Below, one piece after another: positions 42,354 through 56,134 of a DNA stretch of 64,000 bases. Within the stretch, counting starts at the first letter, position 1. Every line of letters begins with the position of its first letter. The notes under the pieces were generated by a model. That model worked only from the letters and a program-made list of their open reading frames with translations, made no database searches and was not told the origin of the DNA. The DNA lies in assembly GCF_009914755.1 (NCBI RefSeq), contig NC_060937.1. One strand, written 5' to 3'. This DNA comes from the human T2T-CHM13v2.0 reference genome, Homo sapiens. The position numbers and the translations under genes are program-made.

Positions 42354-42464
42354 GAGAGAGAGAGAGGAAGAAAGGGAGGGAGGGAGGGAAGGAAAGAAGG
42401 AAGGAAGGAAGGAACGAAGGAACGAAGGAACGAAGGAAGCCCTATATGTTCTATATGTATAGTT

Positions 42465-42615
42465 TGTTTGTTTCTTTGGGTTTTGTTTTGTTTTGTTTTT
42501 GAGATAAAGTCATCCTATGTTACCTAGGCTGGTCTCAAATTCCTGCGGTCAAGCAATTTTCCCACTTCAGCCTCCGAAGTAGCTGAGACTATAGGTGCAC
42601 ACCACTGCACCTGGC
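42465..42615 (-). mobile_element. FLAM (free left Alu monomer)
   Basis: (TTTTG)n followed by GAGATAAAGTCATCCTATGTTACCTAGGCTGGTCTCAAATTCCTG...CACCTGGC. Confidence 0.8.
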
Positions 42616-42787
42616 ATAGTTTTGATATAAATTATATAAATATATGTATTCTATCTGTGTATAGGATGCCTTTTCACATTCTTTTAATGTGTCTTTTTAA
42701 AAAAACAGAATTTCTTAATTTTAATAGAGTCAAATTTGTTAAGCTTTTTATAGTCAACAAAATTTGTATCTTTTTCAACAAATATTT

Positions 42788-42817
42788 AACCTGCCGTTAC
42801 TTTTCACCAACCTAATA
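42788..42817. mobile_element. MADE1/Hsmar1 TIR fragment
   Basis: TTACTTTTCACCAACCTAATA resembles the mariner TIR end TTACTTTTGCACCAACCTAA plus TA. Confidence 0.55.
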
Positions 42818-43725
42818 TTTCCCCCACAAGATCTAAGGGATATTTCAACTTAAAAAAATTTTTTTTACTGAGAAACCTAAAGTTTTGTATTTTGACATTT
42901 AGTCTGCTGCCTATCTAGAGCTGCGTATGATCTGAGGTAGGGATTCAGTTTTATCTTTTTCAGCTTGAATAACCAGTTTTTTACTTCTATATACCAAAAA
43001 TCCCTTTAAGATATGATGAAAGATTCTCAAGTATTTATGGATTTTTTAGAATTACGAATCCTTTAAATATAAAACAGTGGCTTCTTTTTACCTCAAAGCA
43101 GGTAATACCACAGAAGTGGAAAATAATATGCAAGAAATAGGAAGAGTTGGAAAAGTAACATTTAAAAATAATCAGAGTTGTGAATTTTTTTAAATAAAAC
43201 ATATTCAGGGTCTGTTTAGTTACACAAATCTATTGAAAGAGGATGTTTACATTTGTTTAGAGGACTGTGGGGGCTCACCATGAGGATCTATAACCCTGAA
43301 CACTTAACGTTGTCCAAATTGTAATTTAATAAATAAACAATATTAAATATTTTATGTTCAGATATTAAAGGACTCATGTTAAGATTATTTAATCTGAACA
43401 TAATTAACTTTTCTTAATTTTCTAGAGGAAACTTTATTGAAGAGATACGAGGTGTGCAACATGCAATCTTTTTGCCAGGTAATGAGCAAAATTTGCTTGG
43501 TTCGAAATTCACATGATGGAGTGCAGTAATGACATTTTTACTCATATAAATAATAAATTCTAGAAATAGAGTTTTAAGAAATTCTTTGATTAGCACATAA
43601 AGTAGTAAATAATATTTAGCTGTTTTTGGATAGTTATTAACTTTGTTCAAATAATTTCTTAACTTCTGTTTTAACAATGATACTTTATATAAAATTTACA
43701 ACTTACAAAATATATACACACATAC

Positions 43726-44028
43726 TTTTTTTTTTTTTAAGATGGAATGTCACTCTGTTATCCAGGTTGCAGTGCAGTGGCATTATCTTGAGTCACTGCA
43801 GTCTTGCCCTCCCCAAGCTCAAGTAATCTTCCCACCTCAACCTCCTGAGTAGCTTAGACTATAGGTATGTGATATCACTCCTGGCTAATGTTTTTTTTTT
43901 GTATTTGTTGTAGAAACAGGGTATTGCCATGTTGCCTAGGCTAGTCTTGAACTCCTGTGGTCAAGTGATCTGCCCACCTCAGCCTCCCAAATTGCTAGGA
44001 TTTCAGGCCTGAGCCACCATGCCTAACC
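43726..44028 (-). mobile_element. AluJ
   Basis: Poly(T) followed by a diverged dimer ending GAGCCACCATGCCTAACC. Confidence 0.92.
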
Positions 44029-45384
44029 ATATAAATCTATTTCTGCACTAATACTACTGAATAGAGAGGATACCTTGCCAGGTTGAAAATCTGTGTATTA
44101 TAGTGTCTCATATCTTTTGAATCAACAGGAGATATTAACTTACACACCAAAAAAGAAATAGTGCTAAAAATACATAGATTTAAATCTGTATGAAAATATA
44201 CCTTATTCTCAAGAGCCAGAATGCTCTGCAGATGCTCATCCAAAAGACAGTCAAATGATCATTCAATGTCTATTTTTCCCTGTTTTTATATGACACAATA
44301 TATTACTTCATAGCATAGCAATATATTTGGTTCATCACATTGAAATTTAGTGCTAACTACCCTGATAGTTTCCGTGTGCCCATAGAAATTATTTTCTGTT
44401 TTGAAAATAGCAGTGTAAGAAGGACTATATCTATTCCTTTCATTTCACTTTGAACTATAAGAAACGGAGTGTTACAGGTCAACAATATTTTCCAGTTTTT
44501 AAGGTGACTATTTCCCTGGTTCCTGTTAAGCAAGGATGAAATATTATTTCAAATATCTAAACAAAAGTATTTACCATTCATATCCTACCTTTAGCTGGGT
44601 GAGTCATTTGATGGCAATTTTCTATTATTTGCATAGCACATGTTAGAGTTTAGAAATAAACAGACATATGTCATTCAAATTTTTATAGGAAAGTGTTTAA
44701 TTGCTGAGAAGTAAAACACAAAATGACCTCGCAGCATAATTATAAAAAAGAAGCGTAAACACGAAAACAAAGGGAACAGAAAGGCAATGCAATAAATATC
44801 ACAATCAAACACTTCTTTCATCAAAATATCAGTTCCCTTTTTAAATTCTGAAGTGAATGCTCTAAATTTATTGTTGAGGCTGCTTTAATATTATAGTTTG
44901 ATGTACTATCTTCGAATTGATCTGATGTTATAATCAACCTTGGGTCAGTAACAGAGACAAAATCCATAGCTTCATGCCACTTAACTAAATAAATATCAAC
45001 ATTCAGGTGAAGGGCTTTGGATTCTATGATTTTACACGTTCCTCACCTAAGTCTTATTATCAGACAATTTTGGTAATTGATGTGCTAATATAATTGTTCT
45101 CAACACCTAATTGGGTGTCAACTTTAAGTTCAAAAGGAGCTATGCCAAAGAAGCGTTTTTACGTTTCTCACTCTTTATTTTTCTGTACTAGTGAGTATAG
45201 AAGTCTGGTTTGAAAACAGTGATAATATCAGATAACTTCAGGGAAAAAAACAGTGTTTTAAAAACTTTTGGATGGATGGGCTGTAGTCTGAAGTACTACA
45301 GGAAGGGAATGCAAACTCGTAACTAGAGTATTTGTCAATTCCAGTTAGTGTAAAAAAAAAACACATACACCAAATCAATAGTGA

Positions 45385-46355
45385 TGAAGCAGGATATTTC
45401 CCCGATCCCTTCGCGGGACTCGTGACAGGCGTGCGTGTGCCTCGTTTATTAAGCCTAGCGCTCTCAACTCCTTGCAGGAGGGAGTGTGCGAGTGAACAAG
45501 GCAGGAACTAGAGTGCAGGAGGGCTGGAACCAGCCAGCTGCTTTGGCGCGGTGGGATCAAACTCCACTACTCAGAACTACTGCGTTTCACTCCTCATGGG
45601 AGGGAGCATGCAGGTGAGCAGGTGCAGGAACTGGAGCTAGCAGTTTTGGGCACCTTCAGGAGCAAACTCTATGCAGGCCCCCTAGCAGCGTCCAGGTGGG
45701 GGCGCCTGCAACCTCTGAAGCCCCAGAGGATATGTTACAGTGCTCTTTTAGCTCTGCAGTCCATGGATGGCTTATATATTTACCTCTCAGTGAAACCTCT
45801 GCCTTTTCACATGAGGTGGCTGCCCTCCAGCAACAAGGGCAAAGGGCCAGCGTGACAGCCTTTTGTGTCCACACTTGTGGTTCCCGAGATCTTGCCTGGC
45901 ATCCAGGAAAAGTGAGGTCGCAGTAACGAATTGAAGGATAGTAAATGTAGGGGATTTTATTGCCAATGAAGGTTACTCTCAGCAGGAAGTGGAGCTGAAA
46001 GGGGACAGGGTGGAAAGGTAACATTTCCCTGGAGTGTGGCCATCTCTGGCAGGATTCTTCTCAAAGTTATGACATCAAGCTGTCCCTCTGAAGTCAAGCC
46101 GCTTCTCTACAATGTCCAGCTGTAGTCTCTGACGTCCACCTGCTTCTCCTCTCTGCCGGCTTAGTCTGAGGTTTTTATAGGGACAGGATGCAGGGTGGAG
46201 GGGTCATGGGTAGTTTAGGAAAAGGCAACACTGGAGCAGGAAAACAGGGATAGAATTTCTCACTTTGGGCAGTGGGTTTCAGGCTTTTGGGTTTAAGAGT
46301 GGGGTTTCGCTGGGAACCTGCACTTTTCTGCCTAGAATTTCTCAGCCTCATGTCC
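45385..46355 (-). mobile_element. Solo ERV1 LTR of the MER52/LTR27/LTR1 group
   Basis: Reverse complement starts GGACATGAGGCTGAGAAATTCTAGGCAGAAAAG...GAAACCCCAC; other end TGAAGCAGGATATTTCCCCG; GC/CpG-rich relative to flanks. Confidence 0.8.
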
Positions 46356-47596
46356 TGGAAACCAAATGAATAAAATATATTGAAGAAAAGAGAGTGTCCA
46401 ACTGCTACTGAAAGGTCAAATTCTACTGACAGTTTATGTATACGGGGAGGGAGAATTGACATTAGAGTTTACCAATATAAAGATCAATAGTGTTCACGGA
46501 AAGAAAAATTTTGATGAAGTAATAGGAGCAACAGTGGGCTTAACAGGGAGTGAAAATAGAAGAATTAGACACAATTAGTATTGACAACTCTTTCAAGGAG
46601 TTTTGCTTCAAAGGAGAGCAGAAGAATAAAGCAGTAGAAAGAAAGCAATGTTTTGAAGACTGACAATATAGCAATAAATTTGTACAGATGGAAATAATTC
46701 AATGAGGGGAAAGGAGTAGTGATATAGGCAGGAAAAGAATTGAAGGAATGTTCCTGAGTAGAGAAGAAGAGATGGAACCTAAGAAGGCCTTAGGAATACA
46801 TAGTTCATCTGTGGAAGAGAAGTTGAATGAGGAGGGAAGAAAATTGTAAAAGGTGTTAAGAGAAGGGGAAATTAATGAACTAAGGAAATATGATTTCTAG
46901 TCAGCATTAAAAGCTCACATGAGGTTTGCAGTCATGAAATTAAAGTCAGACCACCAAGATGATATTTCTTTTTCCATACATGGTCTGTTGCTTTGGGTCC
47001 AGGTATAGAATATTGAGAAAATCAGACATATCAGGATTAATTTTCCAAGTGAGTACCACAAACTAAGAAAACAACAAGGAAGCTAGACATATTGAAAGGG
47101 ATTTAAAGTGATTATTAACTATGAAATTTAAGCCAGATTAGGAGATAAATAAAAACTTCAAAGAAGCAAAAGATTACTAAAACCAGTAAAATAAGTAAAT
47201 TGGAGATCCTAATAGTGCTAGAAGATTTTTAGAGTCAAAAACCTATGGGAGTGAGATGCATAGATAGGAAGTAGTTATCATGGAATGTGATGCATAAAAC
47301 TGAAATTATAGAGAAATTGCAGTGAAGCAAGGTCCAAGGCATGACCATGAGGGTGAGTGACTGAGATAGAGGAAAGAAGGAGAATTTAAGAAATTGAGAA
47401 TTCAATGTTTTCAGAGAAGTATCTATGTATATAGTATAATAAACAGGATTAAAATAAACAGGAGTAATGAAGAGAGTTACAGTAAACCAGGAACTAACAA
47501 ATGGGGAAATGAGGAGGAATAACACAGGAAGCTGGACAAAACAATGAGGAACGGTAGGTGATTTGTAGTCCAATTACATGATATTCAAAGTTAAGT
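46356..47596 (-). mobile_element. L2 internal (ORF2-region) fragment
   Basis: GACAACTCTTTCAAGGAGTTTTGCT, GTCCAAGGCATGACCATGAGGGTGAGTG; purine-rich reverse L2. Confidence 0.7.
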
Positions 47597-48056
47597 ATTC
47601 ATTATATGAACAGAACTAAAGACAAAAAAACACAGGATTATCTCAATAGATTCTGAAAAGGCTTTTGATAAAATTCAACATCCCTTCATGCTAAAAACTC
47701 TCAATAACCAGGTGTTGAAGGAACATAACTGAAAATAATAAGGGCCATCTATGACAAACCCACAGCCCACATTATACTGAATGGGCAAAAGCTGGCAGCG
47801 TTCCCCTTGAAAACTGGCACAAAACAAGAATGCTCCCTCTCACCTTCAACATAGTATTGAAAGTCCCATCCAGAGCAATCAGGCAGAAGAAAGAAATAAA
47901 AGCATCTAAATAGGAAGAGAAAAAGTCAAACTATCTCTTTTTGCAGATGACATTAATCTGTACCTAGAAAACCCCATGGTCTCAGCCCAAAATCTCCTCC
48001 AGCTGATAAACAACTTCAGCAAAGTTTCAGGATACAAAATCAATGTACAAAAATCT
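47597..48056 (+). mobile_element. Isolated L1P ORF2 (RT domain) fragment
   Basis: ATTATCTCAATAGATTCTGAAAAGGCTTTTGATAAAATTCAACATCCCTTCATG ([18 protein letters not shown]) and TTTGCAGATGACATT (FADDI). Confidence 0.9.
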
Positions 48057-48057
48057 C

Positions 48058-48353
48058 CAGATCCTTAACTAATTGCATCTGCAAAGACCTTATTTCCAAA
48101 TATGGTTCCATTCACAGGTTCTGGAGAACAGGACATCAACGTATTTTGGGGGTCGCCATTCAGTCCATTACAATAGTATTCAGTTCCCTCTGGAGACTCT
48201 AGGGGAGGATACTGCTGCATTCAGGACCCATTCTAACCCAAGATGATCTCATCTCAACTAATTCCATCAGCTATGACCCTATTTCCAAATAAGGTCTCAT
48301 CCTGAGGTTCTGGGTGGATGTGAATTTGGGAGAAATACTCTTCAACCCACTAT
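48058..48353 (-). mobile_element. Two tandem MLT1(A-C)-like LTR 5'-end fragments
   Basis: GCATCTGCAAAGACCTTATTTCCAAAT...CAGTCCATTACA, then GACCCTATTTCCAAATAAGGTC...CAACCCACTATA. Confidence 0.75.
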
Positions 48354-48369
48354 ACCTTCCAGTGCTGAC

Positions 48370-48499
48370 TAACGTCTGTATTTAAATAAACTCTGCAATT
48401 ATCTCAGAAGACTTCCAGAAAGAAACACGTGGTGAGTAACATCTATATTTACATAAACCCTGCAGTTATCTCAGAAGACTTCCAGAAACACAGGGGGAG
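48370..48499. repeat. Two-copy tandem repeat, unit about 65 bp
   Basis: TAACGTCTGTATTTAAATAAACTCTGCAATTATCTCAGAAGACTTCCAGAAA versus TAACATCTATATTTACATAAACCCTGCAGTTATCTCAGAAGACTTCCAGAAA. Confidence 0.9.
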
Positions 48500-48541
48500 C
48501 ATGAAACCAAACCCAGAAGGCTTAAATGAAAACAGGGATTA

Positions 48542-48755
48542 GGCCGGGCGCAGTGGCTCACGCCTGTCATCCCACCACTTTGGGAGGCCAAGGCAGGTGG
48601 ATCACCTGAGGTCAGGAGTTCGACACCAGTCTGACCAACATGGTGAAACCCCGTCTCTACTGCAAATACAAAAATTAGCCAGGTTTGGTGGCATCCGCCT
48701 GTAGTCCCAGCTATTCAGGAGGCTGAGGCAGGAGAATTGGTTGAACCCAGGAGAC
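48542..48755 (+). mobile_element. AluS (Sx/Sq-like), 3'-truncated with no tail
   Basis: GGCCGGGCGCAGTGGCTCACGCC...GAACCCAGGAGAC, then an abrupt end. Confidence 0.93.
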
Positions 48756-48958
48756 ATGACTCAGTGTCATGTCATTTCCAGGAGACTGGATGAATTTTAT
48801 CACATGAAGAGACTGGTGTTTTTCTCACCCCTATATTTCCTATTGCCCTATAGATGGAATAATCTTTTGGGCCCCTTAGCAGCATATAGGCAAATTATGG
48901 ATTCTCAGGTCTCATGAATTAATGTACTTTGCTATCTCCATCTTTGTTACTCTTGTGA

Positions 48959-49253
<295 letters not shown>

Positions 49254-52200
49254 TAATCTTTTCTTAAATAAAATACTAAAGAAGTCCCAACCACTATATC
49301 ATATTGCTATAAATTCATAATCACTTAAATGGCAATAAAAGCAAACAGAAAAATTTATTAGAGCCACTGGCAAAAACAGTGAATCTTGTGTAAAGATAAG
49401 TACCTTTATATGATTAATTTATTATGATATGATAAAATCCACTCTCACACACATTCTCATGATTCTCATTGATGCTTCTTGTCCAAAACCTGCAATTTTT
49501 TAATGATATAGGCCATTTTCTCTTAGCAGGGACTGTTATTCCTGTACTCATACAACTCTGACATGTTCTTATAGTAACACACCTAAAGCCAATTAAGAGT
49601 AGCAAAGGCAGATCTTAAGAAAAATTATCATCATTTTTGATACACTGATTTTAGTTGAATTGTTGCATGGGCTCAGGACAAATTATCTCAGGTGTATATA
49701 CCTAAATGTCATAATCTCAAATCTTAGAAACACACTCATTCCCTAACATATCCCAGATTTCCGGGGCTGTGAAGAGGTACACTAATTTATAAGATGTATA
49801 TTCTTCAAGGTACTAAACCTTGAAGTCTTCAGCAGATCAATGAATTTCCAAGAAAAGGGAGCCTGTGTGGCCTGACTAAATGTTCAGATATTTAATAAAC
49901 TAATCTACAGTGGACACATTTTGTACTTTATCAGGATGTGATGATGAAAATTGCTCCCCTCGTGCTTTAAAAATATTAATACTAAAATACTTTCCTTTAA
50001 TTTTACACTTATTACATGTATTAATATAGAACTTTTTCTCAGACTGATACAATGTCAGATTCTTTATTCTTTCAAGAGGTATCTTAATTAGATTTCATTA
50101 TGAACTCCATACACAAGAGCTCGTTGGCATTTATCATTTAAGAAATACCACAAGTTGTAAAGCTGAGCTAGGGAGCAGACATTTATATTAGAAACAAGGA
50201 AAAAAAAACAGTTTTTGTAAGATGTTGATTCATAGTGAAAAATATAAATTCTGAACAGTTGACACATGGAAGGCAGGGATGGGTGCCTCTATTTTGTTAA
50301 AAGTAGAATGAAAATATATCAGTATAATAATTCAATTAAATAGGCTGTCATATCACAACTTTCAATGTGCCTCTTGGCTTGTTAATTTTTAATGACATAG
50401 TTATGTCAAAAATTAAAATAGAAATTCCATTTAATTTTTTCAAATAGGATCTCCATTCAATTTATTAAATTTCATTCAGTTCTTATGAGTAGTTTTGCTA
50501 TGTTTTGGTTGTTCTTTGTTTTCCAGTTTTGTTTTATGGTAAAACAAAATCAAAATGTCACTGCAAGAAAAGGAGCTATGCTAGTTGATAGAGAAATAAA
50601 AAAATATAAAGAAGAGAAAAGAGAAAAAAATTGTACTTTCTTCAGAAATACAGTGTTTTGTGTTGTGAGATGACTCTGTTCTAACCCCTGATACTGTAAA
50701 ATACTACTGCATGCAATACAAATGGACCTCAGATTGTAGGATTGAACCACAGACCCCTGGGCTTATTTAACAAAAAGTAACTCTCTTTAGCTTTTCCCTT
50801 TCCACTTCCTGGGGTCACCTTTGACTGCACTGAAGAAAGGAGCTCTAGAAGCACTCCATATAACTCCCTTTACACTACTGTCAACTCGTGTGGCCTCTCC
50901 TTTCTATCTTGCCTCTACTGGTGGTAGTTCGCAGATTCTGCTGTGGTTTCTTGGCAAATGTGTGAAATTTCTGTGAGTTTCACTAAAAGAATAAAAACAA
51001 ACTAGTATATAATACTACCTAAAAAGGACAAGAGAAAAGAGAAGGTAAAGGAATTTTTACCTTTTATTTTTCCCCACTGTTGCATTGTGAAATACTTTTC
51101 TACTATTTGATATATTTAATTTAAATTTATGAAATCCCACTGGGGAAAAAAGTCTACAAAGCATTTACTCAATTCCGCTTAATCATGGACTATTATTCCC
51201 CCAACTCACCTCAGCCATTAAATAGCCACTCCCTTCCTTTCATTTCATCTAAGATTCACGTATTTTATAGGTCAAGTCAGCTTACGGACACTGAATTATA
51301 ATAAGTGTCAGTCTAATCCTTTCAAAAGCCTTTTTTTAAGTATATCTTTGCACACTATAATTTCTTACCAACCAGAAGGGAAGTCGTTAGAAGCTGTACT
51401 TATTTCAAGTTATCAGGCAGAGTAGCAGGAAGGTAACATGTGTTTTACTATCTTTGTAGTGTTAAAACCATTTGCTATGCTAGTATGTCATAGAATAAGT
51501 GGTTGATATATAACCAGACTGTTTTCCGTGCAAACTATGTGCTTAAGAGAGGAGGCAGAGAACAGGCAAGGTACATACCAGCAGGCTGGAAACCCCTCAG
51601 CACAAATTTCTGAGCCTAAATCTTGTTGTAAAGGTCACATATTGTGTTATATAATTGTCAGCTTGAAAAGTTCTTTGATAGCTTGAACTTTACTACTTGT
51701 AAAAAGTGCTGGGCTGCCAAGTAGAGTACATTTTCCAGGTTTCTGAGTCCATGCTTGAGCTAAATAAAGTGTGACAAATCCCCTGAGGGCAACCCAGGCT
51801 TTTCATGCCATAGGCACCTCTGACTCAAAAGTTACAGCCTTAAAGTAATATAAGACGGCACAGCCAACTACAGAGGTTGCCTGAACCAGGAAGGAAATTC
51901 TCCTGAGATCATGTATATGTGACATCTCCAAAATGCTTCGGGAGTGACCATAAAATACAATGTATGATTTTTTTTTTCTATAGAAAACAGCTATTTTAAT
52001 AAAATAAAGAGAATCCAACCATTTGGATTTGATTTTCTTTGTCCTGGCCAGCTAATTTAACTGACATTTGTAGGAATCCACTTTGAAATAAATTGATGAG
52101 TCTAAAAGGACAACTTCTAACTATGAACAACTAGCACTTAACCATTGGTTAAGCATCTCCCCATATCTCTGTTATAGAAACCTGACTATAAGCTATTTCA

Positions 52201-52236
<36 letters not shown>

Positions 52237-52257
52237 ACACATATACACACACACACA
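52201..52257. repeat. (CA)n microsatellite
   Basis: Seen directly. Confidence 0.95.
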
Positions 52258-53324
52258 GGCCTGCCTTTTGAAATGATTTTTTTAAACTATCATAACATTG
52301 GTATGTTTCTTAACAGTCGTTGACCAGCTTTTAAATCCAATTTTACCTGTGAATTTCTTATGAAAGTGAAATGAAGGTGTTTCTGACCTATATCCCTACA
52401 AAAAAATTGTTTCTTTTCATATTCCAAATATCAAAAGTTAGGAAGAATTGACTTCACAGCAACTAAGTGGCTTAAAAAGGTTAAGGAAAATGGTCAATAT
52501 AAAAACATACATTACTGGGTTTCGCCAAAAGGAAGCCATATTCCCAGATGCTCTGACCGGGAAAATGAAACAGCTCAATGTGAGGCAGAAAAACCTCTCC
52601 CTTTCCATTTTTATTGCCATATTTTTCTACCCGTTTCTCACATGGCACACAATAACTTGGCCATTCTCTTCACGGTCAACTTTAGGAATAACCAGAGAAA
52701 GTAATATTGTCTATCCACTGGACAATAGGAAAGTTCTCCACCCTTAGCCCAATTCAAAGAGATGCTGTGCCAGGTGTCACAGGTTGTCAGTCCTGGAATC
52801 TCAGGTGTCCAGTCAGAGGAGGAAGGCCCATCAAAGCAGAAGTGGATATGAATATTCACAATGTGAAAACAGGAGAGTCAAGAGTACTTTGCATATCACT
52901 TAATTCAATTAGTCAGGTTTTACGAAATGATTTGTGCCTACAAATAACTTTCCAGAAATTTCTAGAGGAAAGAGAAGCAGTTGGTATTAAAATAAGTTAG
53001 AAAAATACATTCTTGTTAATTTGCCAGGCTCATTTATATATTAAAAACTTTGGAAAGTCACAGTAAGAAAAGCTGTATACTAGAGTTAAAGCAGGCATTT
53101 TTTCCAAATGCATTTAACAAATCAATCTCTTGTATTTTTTAAACAATACTTATTAGCATCCTCCTGTCCCATGAAGCAGGACCTGGGGAGGTTTGGAGAA
53201 GATCATTCCTGATGTGTGCTTGACTTTTGAAATCATGCCACTACCAAGATGTACTACAAAATGATCAAACAATATCAAATAACACTTGGAAACAAACGCT
53301 TTCTTTAATGGAAAAAGAGATAAT

Positions 53325-53790
53325 CCACTTGTGATTTTAGTTCACAGATGTAAAGAACTGAAAAAAAGTATCCCTCCTATTTTTACAATAAGTGAAATCC
53401 TGGGCAAACTTCAAATTAATGATTTTCTGAATCCTATCAAAAAACTGAGGTTACAGAGCAGAGTAACCTAACCCGGAATCTGGAGAGGCTGCCAGCAGGT
53501 AGAAACAAACCCAGGCACTTGCTTAAATGAGATGATGCTACTGGATGCATCTGGATTCATCTAAGTTGGGAAGAAAATTCAGTGAGAAATTCTTAAAACT
53601 TGCTAACCTCCCAAGTGTGGGATTTTATGAGAGTGTAAAAGCACCCTCAGTGTAAAAACACCAAAAGGAGATGGAAAACTGTACTGATGGCCACAGACGT
53701 AGGTGGGGGTTCCCATCTCCTTGCAGGCTTTTTCTCCCTGGGACACCACCAGTTGCCAAATGAGAAACTTAGAGAGAACCCTAAGAGAGG
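53325..53790 (+). mobile_element. Old L1M 5' region fragment
   Basis: AACTGAGGTTACAGAGCA...CCGGAATCTGGAGAG resembles L1MD/L1M4 5' UTRs. Confidence 0.45.
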
Positions 53791-54004
53791 AAGAGAGAGA
53801 AGAAAGTGGGAGGGATGTGGGAGAGAGAAAGGAAGAGACAGAAAGAAAGAGAAAGAAGAAAGAGAGAAAGAAGGTGAGAGAAGAAAAAAAGAAAGAAGGA
53901 AAAACACTTACAAGGAAAATAAAAACTGTAGCCTGAAGGTTCTGGTAGAAACTTTCTATAGCTGGAAGAGGAAAGAGAAACCCCAACTGAGCCAATTAAT
54001 CTTT

Positions 54005-54612
54005 AAGGGTGGCCTGGATTCAATAACTCATTTGTGTTAATTAACGTAGGCAAGGTAAACTAATAACTTCATAGAGAAACAGGCAGAGGCCATCTTTTTT
54101 AAAACCAAATGATCAAGTTTAATATCACCAGTAGTAAGTTGTGTTGATATCATGTTCCCTGATAAACTGCAACAAGAAGGTAAATTCGCCTAAGTGCTAT
54201 TTTTTTTAAAATCTTAACCTCAAGCTAACAATGTGAAAACCCAAACTGATGACCATTCTATTAATATTTCACCAATACTCTTCAAAATTTTCAATGACAT
54301 TAAAAAGAAAGACTTGAGCAACTGTCACAGATTGGAGGAGACTAAGGAAACATAATGAATAAATGCAATGTGGTAAACTAGATTGGATTCTGGAACAGAA
54401 AAATAACTTTATTGAAAAAACTAGTGAATACTCAATAATGTTTGTAGTTTAGTTCACAGTATTGTACCAATGTTAGTTTCTTAATTTTGATAAACACATC
54501 ATGGCTATGTAAGAGGTTAACTTTAGGGTAAACATCAGTAAAAATGTAGAAAAACTCCCTATACTATCCTTGCAAATCTAAACATCTAAAATTATTTCAA
54601 AATAAAAAATTT
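54005..54612 (+). mobile_element. L1MD/ME 3' UTR
   Basis: ATGATCAAGTTTAATATCACCAGT, AACTGTCACAGATTGGAGGAGACTAAGG, TCTAAAATTATTTCAAAATAAAAA. Confidence 0.8.
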
Positions 54613-55469
54613 TAAAGACGAGTGGTAATAACTTAATCCCCCCGCTGCCATATCTAATGGAATCTTATAAGACACACTTGCTTATATTTTGTTTAGAATG
54701 GCAGATAGAAATAATGATGATATCTACGTTTTTCCTACTTTATGACTTTTATATTTTAAAAATATATCAATGTGCTGAATCAGAAAAAAAACAGGAGTTC
54801 ATAAGCTGAATTAATTATGAGCAGGATCTTTCTTCCTCATACCTTATTCATCTGTGTTACAGTATATGAGTCCAACATGATGTACTCTTATTCCTGAACA
54901 TGTTTCATTTCCATTTACATTTTCACAATTTGACATTTCTCTTTCCTCTCCGCTCTTCTCTTCTTGTCATATTTTTAATATTGCATGCTTTTTTCCAGCC
55001 TGTATACCAGTGCTATTTAAAGGAAAAGAATTGCAGTGAAGTAATAGTTTGACGGCTCCTGAACTGCAGTGTATACTCCTAGATGAACCAAAGGTATTTT
55101 AAAAACCTTGCCATACTTTATATCTTAACACTTGTCATAGAAAGACAACACTTAGTGACACTGGTTGAAAATCCATGTTTGGATTTCATTGTCACATCAT
55201 TTCTCTCGTTCTCTTTTGCAAAATGTCTTCTAGATTGATAAATTCAAGCAAAGCATGAGAATTATCAGACTAAAAATGTAAGTATGTGAATGGTTCAATA
55301 TACATGTAGACAAATGCAACATTAACTTAAATTCTGGTGGCATCATATAACTGCAAACTAGAATTTAAATTAAAATTCCCAGTCTCAAAATGTAGACACT
55401 AAAAATTGAAATTACATATTTTAATTTAGTTTATTCAAAATCACAGTAATGTTTTACAGATCTTTATGT

Positions 55470-55633
55470 GGAACAAAGTGTGGTGACACTGATGAGCAGA
55501 ATTAGTATCATCTGGGAGCTTATTAGAAATGGAGACTTGGGCCCCACCCAGGATAGACTGAGCCAGAAGAATATGCATATCAATAAGAAAGCCAGATCAT
55601 TCAACAAGCACATTAAATTTTGAAAAGCACTGC
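55470..55633. mobile_element. MER5-type hAT-Charlie MITE
   Basis: CAAAGTGTGG...ATCATCTGGGAGCTTATTAGAAATG...GGCCCCACCC...TTTGAAAAGCACTG. Confidence 0.75.
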
Positions 55634-56134
55634 TGTAGACAAAATCCAATGTGCTTTATAGCTATAAAATTAAATATTGCTGTATTTGTAAAAGAATACT
55701 GTTGTACTGTGACCATTAGTTATTGTATGATTTTGAAACATGAATATGATACACTATTACAGATGAATGAGTTGAGATTACAGCAGGATTCAGAGATAAG
55801 CAGAACTGCCAAAACTAAGCCTGGAAGATTTAAATTATTAATGAGGTCTTGATAGATGTAATTTACTACATACTCTCTGGTAAGTATATATCCTTTTAGA
55901 CTCAAATATGTAACTGATTTGAAAAGGCTATAATCATCTGCTGGAGTTGAAAGTATTGTTCTCTGATCCAGTAAAAGAATCAGGTGACCAATACATTTGT
56001 TTTGGTATATCAGGAATTGAATGGTTACCTTTATTTCCTGGTGTAGAATGGCATCAGGAGTGCAGAAGAAGTAGGAGACATCACTGAAATCAGAACAGCC
56101 CTTCAGAAGCAAGAGAGTGTCTGTATTTATTACT

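Noticed and set aside
47597-48056. Active or domesticated reverse transcriptase
   Set aside because: A 460-bp fragment with frameshifts and stops; an ordinary L1 remnant.
48370-48499. CRISPR-like repeat-spacer array
   Set aside because: Only two adjacent diverged units, no unique spacers, no cas genes, primate context.
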